The notes: a model not told the origin generated them from the sequence alone. Positions 1 to 15,039 are shown, numbered from the stretch's first letter. The stretch is 64,000 nucleotides of DNA from Octopus vulgaris (GCA_951406725.2 OX597818.1:93620001-93684000); one strand, 5' to 3'. Numbers and translations: made by a program.

Positions 1-550
1 CAATGAAATAAGGAAGTGTTAGGTAAACAGAAGATTCTTATGAATTGTAAAAAAAAAAAAAAAATGTCTGATTCTTTCGACAAACTAAGTTTTTAACGGT
101 CCAGGTTTTGATAAATAATTTCACTCCCTTAACAATATCTTATGATTAATCTTAGAATATCTCCTCAAACACATTGGAGACCAGAATAATAGATTCATTA
201 ATCTGAAGTTGCTCAACAATTTTTGTTTCAATAAGAATAAAAAAGACTGCATGGTTAAAACGGACTCTGATCATGTCAGCAAGATAATAAACATGAAAAA
301 TGATGACTGTCAAAACTGACCTTTGTTTCAAAACATGTCATGTTGCTACTTTCCCAAATTGTTAAGTATCTTTACTCTTCCAATCTTTTCCTTTTCCAGC
401 ATGGGTTTTGCTCGGAGTTCCTTCCATAACATGCTAATTAACCCATATTTGGGACTGCTATTGGTCAGACGAGACCTAGGAACCAAAGTAGCTAAAAGGT
501 AGTTCCACACTTCCAGAAACCTTGGGACTTTCGAAGTAGAGCTCCACTAC

Positions 551-717
551 CAGGCATAGGAATGACTGTGTGGTAAGTAGCTTGCTTACCAACCACATGG
601 TTCCGAGTTCAGTCCCACTGCGTGGCACCTTGGGCAAGTGTCTTCTACTATAGCCTCGGGCTGACCAAGGCCTTGTGAGTGGATTTGGTAGACGGGAACT
701 GAGAGAAGCCCATCGTA

Positions 718-761
<44 letters not shown>

Positions 762-1010
762 CATATACATGTGTGTGTGTGTGTGCTTGTGTGTATGTGT
801 GTGTGTATATGCTTGTGTCCCCCCAACATCGCTTCACAACTGACGCTGGTCTGTTTACGTACCCGTAATTTAGTGGTTCAGCAAAAGAGGTCAATAGAAT
901 AAGTACTAAGCTTACAAAGAATAAGTCCTCAGATCGATTTGCTCTACTAAAGGCAGTGCTCCAGCATGGACACAGTCAAATAACTGAAACAAGTAAAAGA
1001 GAAAAAGAGA
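551..1010 (+). mobile_element. tRNA-derived SINE, family A (head + internal (TA)/(TG) microsatellite + 3' half)
   Basis: Head GGAATGACTGTGTGGTAAG...GAGTTCAGTCCC resembles pol III A/B boxes. The same bipartite sequence recurs at ~37030, ~41220 and ~56157. Confidence 0.8.
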
Positions 1011-2174
1011 GTACCAGATGTAGTTTATATAATATTCATAATGTGTATACAAGCATGGAACAGCACTGGCTGCATTATGTTACCTTGCAGAGACATCTCA
1101 AAGACAGTTTTGTGTTTATGATGCAGAACTTCCTTCAGAATGCTGGTGGATCACCATTTTGACCTGATTTTTGTCTCTTCAGTGACAAATTACCTTAGAC
1201 ATTGTGAACCAAGCCAAAAAATGCTTGTCCCAAAATAGGAATTGGTTACCAAAACATTTACTGATATGTGTAAAAACTAGACAGGATAGAATTAAATTAA
1301 TATACACACTTAATACACACATTATTAACTTAAATACCACTGTCATCATTATCATCATCATTTAACATCCATTTTCTATGCTGGCATGGGTTGGGTGGTT
1401 TGACAGAAGATGGCAAGGCCAGGAGCCACACTAAGTCCCTTAGTGAGTTTTGGCTTGGTTTCTATGGCTGGATGATCTCCCTAATACTGACTACTTTACA
1501 GAGTGTACTGGGTGCTTTTTATGTGGCACTAGCACCAGTATTGTTTTACATTGCACTAGCACAGTGTATAACATTATAATTTGTGTATATATATGTAACA
1601 GTACTAAGCTGTAATATTTTATCTCAGAGAAAATATCAATGTATAAAAAGTCAAAGAGACTTTTGTGTTAAAAACATAGGACTTTGCTCGAAACACCAGT
1701 GAATCACCAGAAACAGTGTTTTGACCTGATTTGGTTTCATCAGTCACAACCACCTTAGACATTTTAAGTCAAGCCAAAAATGCTTGTTCTGATATAGAAA
1801 TTGATGAACAAAACATTTTCTGATTTTGTGGACGTAATAAATCTCCTTCTTCCTTTACTCAACCATCCCATTTGTATTCTGATCCCCGTCCCTTGTGAGT
1901 ATACCCATCACTTTGCCGCCATCTTTACCCTGCGCTCTCTCTCTCACACTCCCCTCTGGTTGGGTGACCATATATTTCATTTCTGGTAGTGCACCTGTTT
2001 CTGTTTTCGTTCCTGATCTCTCTTTCCAGCCGGGTAACCTTGTACTTCCTCTACACCAAGACACCTGTTTCTGTCTGTCTGTCTCACTATAACCTTTCAT
2101 CATTCAACACATGATCACCTCCTCCAATGTTCCTTCCCCTATTGAAAGTTTTTTCTTTTTTTTTTTGTCTTGCA

Positions 2175-2516
2175 AGTACTTGGTGACCCTGTCAGTGCAA
2201 ATGCCACTTAAAAGCACTTAGTCCACGCTGTAAAGTGGTTGGTGTTTGGAAGGGCATCCAGCTGTAAAAACCTTGCCAAAACTGACCTCACCTGTGCTTG
2301 TGCCACATAAAAAGCAATAAGTCCACTCTGCTAAGTGGTTGGTGTTAGAAAGGGCATCCAGCTGTAAAATCCCTGCCAAAACAGTGACAGAAGTCTGGTG
2401 CAGGCTTCTGCTTGGCCAGCTCTTGTGAAACCATCCCATCCATGCTAGCATGGAAGGCAGACGTTAAATGATGATGATGGTGATGGTGATGACGATGATG
2501 ATGATGATGATGATGA
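2175..2516 (+). mobile_element. Short retroposed copy of the RTE-LINE 3' tail ending in (ATG)n
   Basis: GAAGGGCATCCAGCTGTA...CATGCTAGCATGGAAGGCAGACGTTAAA(TGA)n matches the 3' UTR end of the RTE fragment at 61715-62751. Similar copies at ~1340, 9212, 20149, 21901 and 63060. Confidence 0.75.
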
Positions 2517-3904
2517 ATAAGAATTTTATTAGTTTTCAAGAGAATGTGAAATAATTCTTTTTTGGAAAATTTGATTCATAGTATATCGCACTGAGCTATA
2601 TATAATAGCTTTATGTAATGATTTAATGTATTTCTATCCAAAAGGGATTTTCAACCCAATATTTACATGTCATCATCTTAAGCTTTATGTGATGTACTCC
2701 AAGATCCAATATTTCAAAAACAAAATTATTTACTGTATGTTTGAAAGCTAACCAGAATTAAATTGATATATACACTTGAAACAGCCTTAGATTAAAACAC
2801 CAGTGTGCATTACATAATGTATATACAAACATGGAATGGACTCATTTTATTTCACCTGGACAAGTTGTTACATTCAAGTCAGTTTTTACTCAGAGCTGCA
2901 GCCCCCTTAAACATGACTGATACCATGTTTCGCTTGTGCCCTTTCTTTTACCATGGTTTCTACAACCTGATGCCACTCCTAACACCAACCACTTTACAGA
3001 GTGTAGTGGGGGAATTTTATCAACACTTGAGAGGTTGTCATATCTTTAATAAGACTAGATTAAAGAGTTCTCTTCCCTTTACATCACCGCTCTTTGACCA
3101 GCCACTTAAAGTTGCCATGTACCCCGTAAGACAAAAGAAATCTTCACAGCTCTGCATTGTCTCTGGTGGAGGTGGAGAGAATCACTCCATTCTTGTATAA
3201 TTTCTGTTTTGTTTTATTTATGTTTTAAACATATAATATCATGGTTCTTCAAAATTATGCTTGACTTTTAAACATGAATTTTGTAAAAAGTAAAATCTAT
3301 AAAATTACAGAAATGTCTGGTGGAACCTTAAAAAGTTCAATCTCACACCTTTCCATAAATAAATAAAATTGGTTTTCCAGAATCTTGATATTGTAATCTA
3401 CAATGTTTAGAACATTCTTATTAGAAAAAATTATTGGCTTTTGGGACTCACTAAAAAAAAACAGCCAAAATCGTTTTGGACTGAGGTGGTGAGGGGATGG
3501 TGGGAATGAAAAAAAATTAATTTTCAAAACTATTTCTCTTTTTTCGTGAAAAACATTGGAAAAAATCCCCATCAAAACGGAAAAATCTCAACTTATTTTC
3601 TGAAACTCCTCTTGTCAACCTCTCAGAAAATTTTTTCCAACTAATCTTTACATGCACTTAATCTACAGGATATAAGTGATTATTTTGTGAAAGTTTTGTT
3701 TAAAAGTATCCATTTGTTTGGAAGTTATAAAGCAACAAATTCAGTGGGGTATTAAACTGTAGTTATATCTTTTATCACTAAACGTTAATGTTAACAGATT
3801 AATGTTAACTTCTGTTACATTTTCAAAAAATTAACTGTTTAACGATTAACGAAGTTAACTTTTTGGTTAACTGATTAATGAAGTTAACTTTTTGATTAAA
3901 AGTG

Positions 3905-3972
<68 letters not shown>

Positions 3973-3982
3973 TACATATATC

Positions 3983-5932
3983 CAGGGTGTTTGGGTGACA
4001 TTTAATGATTTTTTTCATACCTCCTTTATTTAGGAACAACTTGATATGTTGGTGAACAGTCAACAACATTGGAGAGCATAAAGATTAAAGTTGTAGTTGA
4101 GAAAAAGTTGGTTGACATGGGGGGTACTGGAAGCTATCAGAATATTGGAAAAGAGTTACTTTTATCTCAATGATTTGCACTGGGTATCAAAATGCTGATA
4201 TTATGATTGCTGCTCAATGCTCTGTGAACACTGTAAAGGCTGTAAGACATGGCATGGACAGCTGCAACAGTGGTGGCTTGTGTATAGGAACTGCAGCACC
4301 CCCTATTTCCACTTGCTATTATCGATAACATTTAATATAATGAGTCCTTTTTTCATTAATTCCATCTTTATACTTGTACATTATATAATCATTAAGCTTA
4401 ATGACAGTAGCCATCCCCTAGTTTATGAAAAAAAATTCAAAATTCCTTGTATAGAACCATGTGCTTCACAATCCCAGCAGTGAGGTGTTTGGCTGTTGTG
4501 CACATGCTCACATGTCCGAGATAAGAAGCTTCACACTAGTGAGAGAGAGCACTGCACGAACGACAATGCCAGGTGAAAGGTAGTATTTCTTTTTGACTCT
4601 GTGTTGTGCTTAAAAACATGTTTATATTCTTGAATGTGATAAAGTGTAGAATTAGATTATCATTCTATTTCCAGCTTCAGTGTTGTTACCAGGATTTGAA
4701 AAATAGGGCACATTTCCCCTCTTTATTTTGTGACTTCGGTGGAATTTTTGAAAAACAAGGGGGAATTTGCGGTGGCGTTCAGTGAACAAATTAAACACAC
4801 TACCCGGCAGTGGCTAAAACAATCAAGTTTATGTATAGATTTTCTTTTTATATGTTTGTTTCCTTTTACACAATATTAAAACAATGGCTAAAAATTTTCT
4901 GAACCAGCACCCCCACTAATTTTATCTATAAGCCACCACTGAGCTGCAATGAAGAGTACAAAGCTGCAGACTGCAGGGTCACAACAGGTGTTTTGGCTGC
5001 ATCAGTATGCTGGAATTCATCTAAGAACTGCAAGACAAGGTGATGGAAGATCTGAGCAAAGGAATCTGAGCTTTGATAAAAGAGATGGGTGTTGGAGTCA
5101 CCACCATCAAACTGGCGCTGAATGAGACCTTTGCTACCACTCACACAAGAGCTGCAAGATACAAATTTTGACAGGCAAGGAAAGCAAAGAACCTTTTGAA
5201 TAAGCTGAAGCATCCTGTTGAGCTGCAGATGATCTGGTTCTTCTCAGATGAAAAGTTCTTCTATTTGGACCACTTGCCCCAAAAAAAAAAATTAAAATAA
5301 AAAAAAAACAGGTGGCTCACCTCATGTATCATGAAAATCAAATTACCCCAAATTGTGATGGTCTTTGGGTGTATTTCCAGTGAGGGTGGTGTCATGCCAC
5401 TCCACATCTTTGAACAGGGCCTTAGGCTCAATTCAGACAACTGTGAAGCTGCCGGAAATTGGTCAAACCATGACTGGAGAGGATTGCTGCTGGAAGGCCA
5501 TATGTATAGCAGCAGGATTTGGCTCCTTGCCAGACCTCTAGAGACAGTCAGAAGCGGTTTTTGGAGAATTTCTACAACTTCACCAGCCCCAATTTCTAGT
5601 TTCCTAATTATCCCAATGTAATCTCATGGATTACTTTGTGTGGGGCACAGTTAAGAAAGACACCAAGAGCTCTGCCAGGAACACCAAGGCCATGCTGGTG
5701 GCCAAGATAAAAGAGTTGTTTGAAGGTCTTCCTAGGGATACAATGAGGAAAACATGCACCAGGTTCCAGAGCTGCCTTGAAGCCATAGAAGAAAATGAGG
5801 GCAGCTGTCCTTAGTAAACTGTTTTCGCTCAGCCATAACCTGATAATTTTTTGTTTTAAAATACTTTTATTTTCGAATGGGATATTGTTATCATTTCCCA
5901 TGTAAACAATTAAATTTAGCCTGAATACCTTG
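3983..5932 (+). mobile_element. Degenerate Tc1/mariner-superfamily transposon (DD37D/maT-like), interrupted by a hAT MITE
   Basis: Imperfect TIRs (CAGGGTGTTTGGG.../...CCTGAATACCTTG). Broken transposase motifs FFSDEKFF, VMVFGCISSEG, QQDLAPC and MDYFVWG. Confidence 0.75.
4268..4941. mobile_element. Non-autonomous hAT-type element (MITE)
   Basis: TIRs CAGTGGTGGCTT / AAGCCACCACTG. Perfect 8-bp TSD AGCTGCAA at 4260-4267 and 4942-4949. Confidence 0.85.
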
Positions 5933-6201
5933 TACACACACATAAATACATTTACTTTGAGAGAGATAATCTTTTCCAATAACAATGGTTGACTGTTGGG
6001 GGCAGGGCAGGGGAAATAGGTGTTAATAAGAAAAAAATTCGTTTTTTTTTTTTAAAGGATAGATTTAGTTTATGTTTAACTACTCTACTTTGTGCCTATG
6101 GCATACCAGAAATTATTATCAACATAGAAGAAATGGAGGGTATGTGGTTAAACGATGATGATGATGATGATATGGGGTATGGTGTATGTATGTGAGTGTG
6201 G

Positions 6202-6244
<43 letters not shown>

Positions 6245-6411
6245 AGATAGGGGTTGAAAATTCAACCCACCATGGGATAATATATATCCAATATACTGCT
6301 AGATAGGTACCCAACAACATTAATACATAGATGTTAAAAATTGTCAAACAATCAGTTCATCTATTGTATTATATGGGTAAAGGTAATAATATTACCGTAA
6401 ATTAATACTAC

Positions 6412-6614
6412 AAAATTAGAGAATGGAGAAACATACTTATATCAGTAAAACATCAACTATCCGATGATACTCAATCCATACTTTAATACACCATTACATA
6501 TGAGTAAAGGCAATATATGCCTTTACTCATATGTAATGGTGTATTAAAGTATGGATTGAGTATCATCGGATAGTTGATGTTTTACTGATATAAGTATGTT
6601 TCTCCATTCTCTAA

Positions 6615-6618
<4 letters not shown>
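6412..6618. repeat. Perfect palindrome with 101-bp arms and a 5-nt spacer
   Basis: 6412-6512 is the reverse complement of 6518-6618, spacer ATATA. The block 6239-6620 lies between two (TA)n runs. Confidence 0.95.
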
Positions 6619-6691
<73 letters not shown>

Positions 6692-7137
6692 TGTATATAT
6701 ATATATAAATAAATGGAGTATGCGCATAGTGAGAGTGAGAGAGAAAGCGTGTGTGAATGAGTGTATAGGATATTGAGAGAGTGAGTGCATATTGTCTACC
6801 TGTGTCCTAATTACAAACAGGAAAGGAAGATGGCGACCACAGGTGAGTTTAAGGAAGTGACATATATACTGTGTCCTCACAAAACGGGACACCGTTCTTT
6901 ATTTGTTTCCATTTCTTATTTTATTTCTTACTTAAAACATTCTGAAGTTATTTACAGAAGGGAGTTCTATCTTTGAGAGCAAGAAATCAAAACTTTCCTA
7001 CGTCGTATACAGCAGTGTGTCTGGTACGTGTTGTTTCTATGGACTGCCCTATATGAATGACTAACTTTAATGTTTTGTATATTTGAAAGGATTTAGACGG
7101 ACTCGCTGAAATTTATATGAGAGAACGATCTGGATGT

Positions 7138-7597
7138 TGTAATTATAGAACTTTTAGTATAAGTCCGATACATTTGAAGCAAAATTCAAAACACGTTGAT
7201 TCCCAGGAATAATCAACATGAAAGAGAGGACCAAGAACTGGCCTTCTGAATTAGAGGTGGAGGACTGTGAACGTATTTTTAACGGGACACCGTTTGTAAT
7301 TATAGAACTTTTAGTATAAGTCCGATACATTTGAAGCAAAATTCAAAACACGTTGATTCCCAGGAATAATCAACATGAAAGAGAGGACCAAGAACTGGCC
7401 TTCTGAATTAGAGGTGGAGGACTGTGAACGTATTTTTAACGGGACACCGTTTGTAATTATAGAACTTTTAGTATAAGTCCGATACATTTGAAGCAAAATT
7501 CAAAACACGTTGATTCCCAGGAATAATCAACATGAAAGAGAGGACCAAGAACTGGCCTTCTGAATTAGAGGTGGAGAATTGTGAACGTATTTTTAAC
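7138..7597 (+). repeat. 157-bp tandem repeat, ~3 near-identical copies, inside a decayed Tc1-like remnant
   Basis: Identical ORFs 157 bp apart (7154 and 7311). RGPRT and LSIRQL-like peptides and a TIR-like TACTGTGTCC...AACGGGACACC at ~6868. Confidence 0.85.
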
Positions 7598-8058
7598 AGC
7601 CTCCGTTTGCTCAATCTCAATCAGACAACTTGAAGCGACCCAAAACTATAGTAAGAGATAGACGCCCAACATGACGAAATCAGCTAGACCCTATGACTTC
7701 ACTAATCTTACACACACACTATTCTGTAACGTATTACGGACTTTCCTGTTAGTTTTTAAAGACCCTCATTTTCTGATCAGAATGCACAAACACATATAAC
7801 CTTTTGCGATATACCCAACTACTACGTACACATATACATACACATATTTTTTGACTCTCACATAAAATATCACAATATGTATATATATATATTTGTATAC
7901 ATACATACGTATGTATGTATGTATGTGTGTGTGTATGTATGTATGTATGTGTCATCCATCTCAGCAAATGGGACATCTTTAAGATGATATATAAATATGT
8001 ATGTGGGTGTATATATTGGTGCAGCTAGACGACACTCACCCCTTCCTCCCTACCACAA

Positions 8059-8660
8059 AACCCGAGCTTTCGGATATTTTTTCTCAGTGGATTCCTAGGT
8101 TTTCGATGACGGATATTCCAAATATACAAAAGATCACGTTTTCAAAATTTTAAATCTACCCCCACCCCGCACGTTGATAAACATGAATTAAATCATATTT
8201 TGGAAGTATGTTAAAGTTTTTAATAGACGTATGACGGAAAATTATTTAATATCGTGTTTGCTTCTATGAGAATCGTTTACCTTTAAAGCGAAAAAAACAA
8301 GACCGTCATATACAACAGGTATATGACTTGTTTCGGCCGTTCATTTTCAGTGAGCTGTAGAGATTGTTCCATACGCGCACCCTTTATTGCTGGGTGTCGA
8401 GGGGCGTGTGGATCAAATTTGGAGCTTTTCATATAAAATTTGAAATTCATTTTTCGTTTTCCATATTGTTAATCTCTGTATTTTCCCACGTAGATTGAAA
8501 AAAAAAAAATAAACAAATAAATTCGAAAAAGTTTAAAATGAAAAAATTGGGGTAGAGGGGATTTAAAATTTTGAAAACGTGATTTATTTTGCATATTCGG
8601 ATTCTCCGTTATCGAAAACCTCGGAATCCTCTGAGAAAAAAAATTCCGAAAGCTCGGTTT
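8059..8660. mobile_element. MITE/fold-back element with ~100-bp imperfect inverted ends
   Basis: CCGAGCTTTCGGA...TTTTCAAAATTTTAAATC (8060-8165) is mirrored by GATTTAAAATTTTGAAAA...TCCGAAAGCTCGG (8550-8658). Confidence 0.75.
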
Positions 8661-9366
8661 GTGTGTGTGTGTGTGTGTGTTTGTGTGTGTGTGTCATCCA
8701 ACCTAGTGTTTTCAAGTTCAGTTTCACTCTGAGTCTTCTATTTCAACTTCTAACCAAAACTTAGGTTAGATTTGATAGACAAAGTGAAAGTAGCTCGTAT
8801 GTATGTGTGTGTGTGTCTGAGTATACACAAATATATGTATATATAAACGCGGAGTAGGTGAAACAGGGACAGCTGAAGAAGGGGAATATTCCTTGTGTTG
8901 TATGTCTTGTTTCTCTGTTTTTTTCCATGTTTGAAAAAAAGTTCGTTTCTATGTTTTTGTTTTTATGTTTTCTCATTGTGTTCAACGTTTTTTTTATGTC
9001 CTGTGCCCATATATGCATGTATATATACATATATATGTATGTATATATGTATATATATGTGTGTGTGTGTGCGGTTTAAGGGCACAAAAATAGAGTTGCT
9101 CTTACCTTGAATTCCAAACAGGTACCGCTAACAGATCGTTCAGTTTCCAGCACAATATGTACATATACATAAAATATATGTATCTCCATTACATATACAT
9201 ATATACATACACTCACGGAGTGGTTGGCGTTAGGAAGGGCATCCAGCCGTAGAAACAATGCCAGATCTGACTGGGCCTGACGAAGCCTTCCAGCTTCACA
9301 GACTCCAGTTGAACCATCCAACCCATGCTAGCATGGAAAGCGGACGCTAAATGATGATGATGATGA

Positions 9367-9412
<46 letters not shown>

Positions 9413-9413
<1 letters not shown>

Positions 9414-10140
9414 CAAGGTGTTTGGGATAAAATTGATGATTTTCATGTCCCCTTTTTTTTCAAGAACAAAGGCATTGGAGAGCATAAAGATTAGAATTGT
9501 AGTTGAGAGAATGTTAGCTGACACGGAGGACTGGAAACCATCTGAATATTGGAAAAGAATCACCTCTATCATGATGATTTGTGCTGGGTTGTCTGCTGCT
9601 CAATCCTCTGTGAACACTGTAAAGGCTGTTAAACATGGCATAGACATCATGAACACCAAGTTTCCCCAAACTGTGATGGTCTTTGGGTGTGTCTCCAATG
9701 AGGGTGACATCATGCTTCCCAACAATTTTGAACAGGGCCTTAGGTTCAATTTAGATGTGAATGTGATGCTGCTGGAGACTTTGCTCAATTTCTGGCAAGA
9801 GAGGGTTGCTGCTGGAGGGCCATATGTGTAGCAGCAGGATTTGGGTCCTTGTCATACCACCAGAAAGGGTTAGAAGTAGTTGCCAGAGAATTTCTACAAC
9901 TTTACCAGCTCCAATTTCTGTCCTTCTAATTATCTTGATTGTAATTCCTCAGATTACTATGTGTGGGATGCAGTTGAAAAAGACAGCAACCTGAGGCTGA
10001 GCTGGTGTTCAAGATGGAGGAGGTGATTGAAAATCTTCCCAGGGATACATTGAAGAATACATGCACCAGGTTCTGGAGCCATCTTGAGGCCATGGAAGAA
10101 CTGACAGTAACTACTTCAAGTAAACTATTATCTCCCAACC
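9413..10140 (+). mobile_element. Internally deleted copy of the DD37D-like transposon at 3983
   Basis: Same 5' end (CAAGGTGTTTGGG). Peptide TKFPQTVMVFGCVSNEGDIM parallels 5331-5621. Confidence 0.75.
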
Positions 10141-10978
10141 ATGATGTTGTTTTGTTGTGAGTTCTTAGGAGATTCAAGGGATGATCACAGTCTGTGAAAA
10201 CAGTTCCTGTCTGTATTTGTGAGCCACCATATATGACTGGTGGCAGGTTGTCCTCGTGTTATGCCATCTTGCTGCATGATGCCCACAGACATGATCGAGT
10301 GCTACGAGGAAGCTGCTGGATTCTGGAACAGATTTCACCTGGAATTCACCATTGCCCTCCGGTTAGCTAGGTTGTGACCTTAGCACTACTGGTGTCAGAC
10401 CTTTCTGCCTTGGGTGGCCCTACCAGGGACTTGAAGCCAATGCATGTTACTGATCTCCAGAAGCTGGATGTCTTTGATTGCTTCTGTATTTGTCGCCTTC
10501 TTCAACTTTGTATCTCAGAATGTAATTTGAACTGAAAGCTTTAAGCTTGCTGAGGTTCTTCACCTCTTGAGGAAACTCTTCTGACGAGGAGACTACAGTG
10601 ATTTGGTCACATGTTGCAGCACCCCCCCCCATAACAAACTCATCTGGAAGACGATAGTTGCAGGTCCTCCCCTGGGTTAGCATAAGTGGAGAGGCAGTCA
10701 GCTGAAGATGTAATTCACTACAGTCAAAGCAGATATGGGACTCATTTCTAGCTCTCGAGTCTTTGGTGTGTGTTGCAGAATCAGCCACTGACAGACATGC
10801 GTGGACTACCTTGATCCATGATGTGGTGAACTCAATGGGAATCAGTTTAACCCCTCCTGGGTGAAATCTGTCAAAAGACATGAGAAGAACCATAATGTAG
10901 TTGATATTTTTTGATTTATATATATATGCATATATACATATACATGTATGCATATATATACATGCATATATATATATA

Positions 10979-11170
10979 GGTTAATCCAAACGGGAAAACA
11001 GAAAAAACAACACGTGGAACAATTACAGTATTATTATTATTAGGCTCTCAGGAAAATGGAAGTATGACGTTTCGAGCGGAGCTCTTCGTCGGAAACATAG
11101 GAGAAAGAAAGATCCCGAGACGGGAGGACAGAGGAAAAAAAATTGCAGGTAGTCTTCACGAGGTCACATA
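10979..11170 (-). mobile_element. Non-autonomous Penelope-like remnant with a minimal hammerhead-like motif
   Basis: Minus strand CCGACGA-A-GAGC-TCC-GCTC-GAAACGTC. The 3' end abuts (TA)n. Related copy at 46522-46712. Confidence 0.6.
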
Positions 11171-11269
11171 CTAAAAAGACGGAAGTGGTAAAAAAGGAGG
11201 AAAATGTTTTTAAAAACAGGAGAGCTGAATCAAAGAGGGAATGGTAAAAAAGGTGTGCGAGATGACAAG

Positions 11270-13780
11270 GGTGTGTGTGTGAGTGTGTGCGTGTGTGTGT
11301 ATGTGTGTGTATGGTGGACAATGGCTAGTAGCAGGCAGTAGTAGAATTAAAGGAGTGGTGTGGGGGTACCCTAGGAAGTCAGAAAGGCAGATCAGAAACG
11401 GAGGTATGTGCGTGTGTATGTATGTGTGAGTGTGTGTATGTGTGTGTGAGGCGAGATAAAAAAACAAAAAATATGTATATGTTAGTGCGTGCAGGGCGAA
11501 CAGATGACATAGCAAGTCTCAAGTGAGTGGTCAGTGGTAAAAAAAGGAGGAAGGAGGGAAGAAGGGAAGGAGGGAAGAAGGGAAGGAGGGAAGAAGGGAA
11601 GGAGGGAAAAGGTGGGGGCGTATGTAACGTGCCAGTGTGTGTGTTGAGTGGTAGTGTGTGTGTGTCCAGTGTGCGTAGTTGTGTGTATGGCAAGTAAATT
11701 TGAAGTGCGTGTAAGTGTAACGTATATATATGCAAATGTGTGTGTGTGAGTGGGTGTGTGTATGTGTGCGTGTGTGTACAAAAAGGGGGGGGTTAAGGAA
11801 AAAAAACTGCAGCGGAGGGGGGAGAAGATGGAAGAGTGGTCCCGCTGCGACAGGCATGGGAGAACCCAAAGACACGTGCCGGCCCCAGATACGAACAGGA
11901 GATCTAGTCGGTACCCACGAGCGTGGTGCATGCATGCGTGTATGTGTGCGCGAACGTGCACAAGCGTGTATGTGCGCGCGCCTGCGAGTGTGTGTGTAAG
12001 TATGTATGTGTGTGGATGTGTGAGTGTGTCTGTGTGTAAGTCTGGGTGTCAGTGTGTCCGATGAATGTATGTAAGTATGTGTGTGTATATGTGTGTGTAT
12101 AGATGTATGTCCGTGTGTGTGTGTGTGTGTGTATGTGTATGAGTGTGTATGTATGTACGTGTGTGTGTGTGGAAGTGTGTGTATGTGCATGTGTGTGCGC
12201 GTACATGCAGGTGTGTGAGTGAGTGTGTGTATGTATGTGTGAGTGTGTTTGTCTGTGTGTAGGATGCATGTATGTGTATGGGTGTATGTATGTATGTGTG
12301 TGTGTATGTATGTGTACGTGCGTGTGTGTGTGTGTATGCATGTATGCGTACATGCGTGTAGGTGTGTGCGTGTGCATGCATGCATGTGCGTGTGTGTGTG
12401 TGTGTGTGTAGGTGTATATGTATGTGCGTATATGTGTGTGTATGTGCGTACATGTGTGTGTGTGTATGCATGTGTGTATGCAGGTGTGTAGGCGTGTGTG
12501 TATAGGTGTATGTATGTAAGTATGTATGGGTGTGTCCGTGTATGTGTGTGTATGTAGGTGTGTAGGCGTGTGTGTATAGGTGTATGTATGTATGGGTGTG
12601 TTTGTGTGTGTGTGTGTGTGTACGTATGTAATATATGTATGTATGCGTGTGTGTGTGTATGTAGGTGCGTATGTATGTGTGTGAGAGTGTAGGTGTGTGT
12701 GTGTATATGTTGGTGTGTGTGTATGTGAGTGTGAGTGTATGGGTGTTTGTCATGCTCGTGTGTGCGCGTGCAGGCGAGTGTGTGTGTAAGTATGTGTGTG
12801 TGTATGTATGTGTGAGTGTGTATGTATGTGCGTATAGGAGTATGTAAGTATGTGTGTGGGTGTATGTATGTGTGTGTGTGTGCATGTGTGTAAGTATATG
12901 TGTGTGTATGTGTGTGTGTTTATGTATGTGTGTAGGCGTGTGTGTATGTATGGGTGTGTGTCTGTGAGTGTTTGTGTGTGTGTGTAGGTATGTGTGTATG
13001 TATGAGTGAAGGTATGGCTGTGTAGGTGTGTGTGTGTATGAATGTAAGTTTGTGTGTGTACAAGTGTAATGTATGTATGTAGGTGTGTGTGTGTGTGTGT
13101 GTATGTGTGCGTGTGTATGTGTGAGTGTATGTGTGTGTGTGTGTGTGTGTGTATGTCTGAAGTAGGTATGTGTGTGTATGTATGTGTGTGTGTGCGGGTA
13201 TGTGTGTGTGTAAGTGTGTGTGTGAGTAGGTGTGCGTGTATGTATGTATGTGGGTAGGGATGCATGCGTGTGTGTGGGTATGTATGTATACATACGCACG
13301 CACACACCCGAAGCACGCCCACACACGAAGCACGCTCACACACACAACACACAAACAATACAACGCAAGCCCATGGGGCCGACCAACCCCCAGCACGCGC
13401 CAAGACGTGCGCGCGCGGGGGCCCCCGAACAACCCGCTCCACGGGAACCGAGGATCCATCAGCCAAAACCAGAAAGCAGAAAAGAAGGGGGGCTGCTTGG
13501 GTGCAAATAGGTGTATGTGTGTGTGATTTCGTGTAAAGGTGTGCATGTGTGGGTATGTGTGTATGTATGTATGTGTGTGTGTGCGTACATGTATGTGTGT
13601 GTGTGTATGTAAGTATAGGTGTGTGAAGTATGTATGTGCGATGTGTGTGTGTGTGTATGTATGTGCATATGTATGTGTGTATGTATGTCTGTGTGAATGT
13701 GTGTACGTAGATGTGTATCCGTACGTGTGTGTGTGAACAGGCGTGTGGGATGTAGGTAGGTGTGTGTGTGTGGGGGGTGT
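11270..13780. repeat. ~2.5-kb degenerate (TG)n/(TATG)n microsatellite field with short GC-rich islands
   Basis: Direct inspection. It produces the spurious His/Thr and Cys/Val ORFs. Confidence 0.95.
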
Positions 13781-14973
<1,193 letters not shown>

Positions 14974-15039
14974 ACTAGCTGGTGTACCCAGTAATTCCTG
15001 GAATTACTGTCTTCTCAATCATAGTTTGTTGGCCAATGA

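Noticed and set aside
551-625. tRNA gene at SINE heads
   Set aside because: Only A/B-box-like remnants, no full cloverleaf, and continuous with a dispersed repeat body.
1157-1830. ~110-bp diverged direct repeat (1157-1270 vs 1719-1830)
   Set aside because: Old, low-identity local duplication with no element hallmarks.
7138-7597. 157-bp repeat as another retrozyme
   Set aside because: No CUGANGA...GAAA core found on either strand.
10447-10953. 168-aa minus-strand ORF
   Set aside because: It starts in a microsatellite and has no recognisable domain or splice context; probably part of an unclassified repeat.
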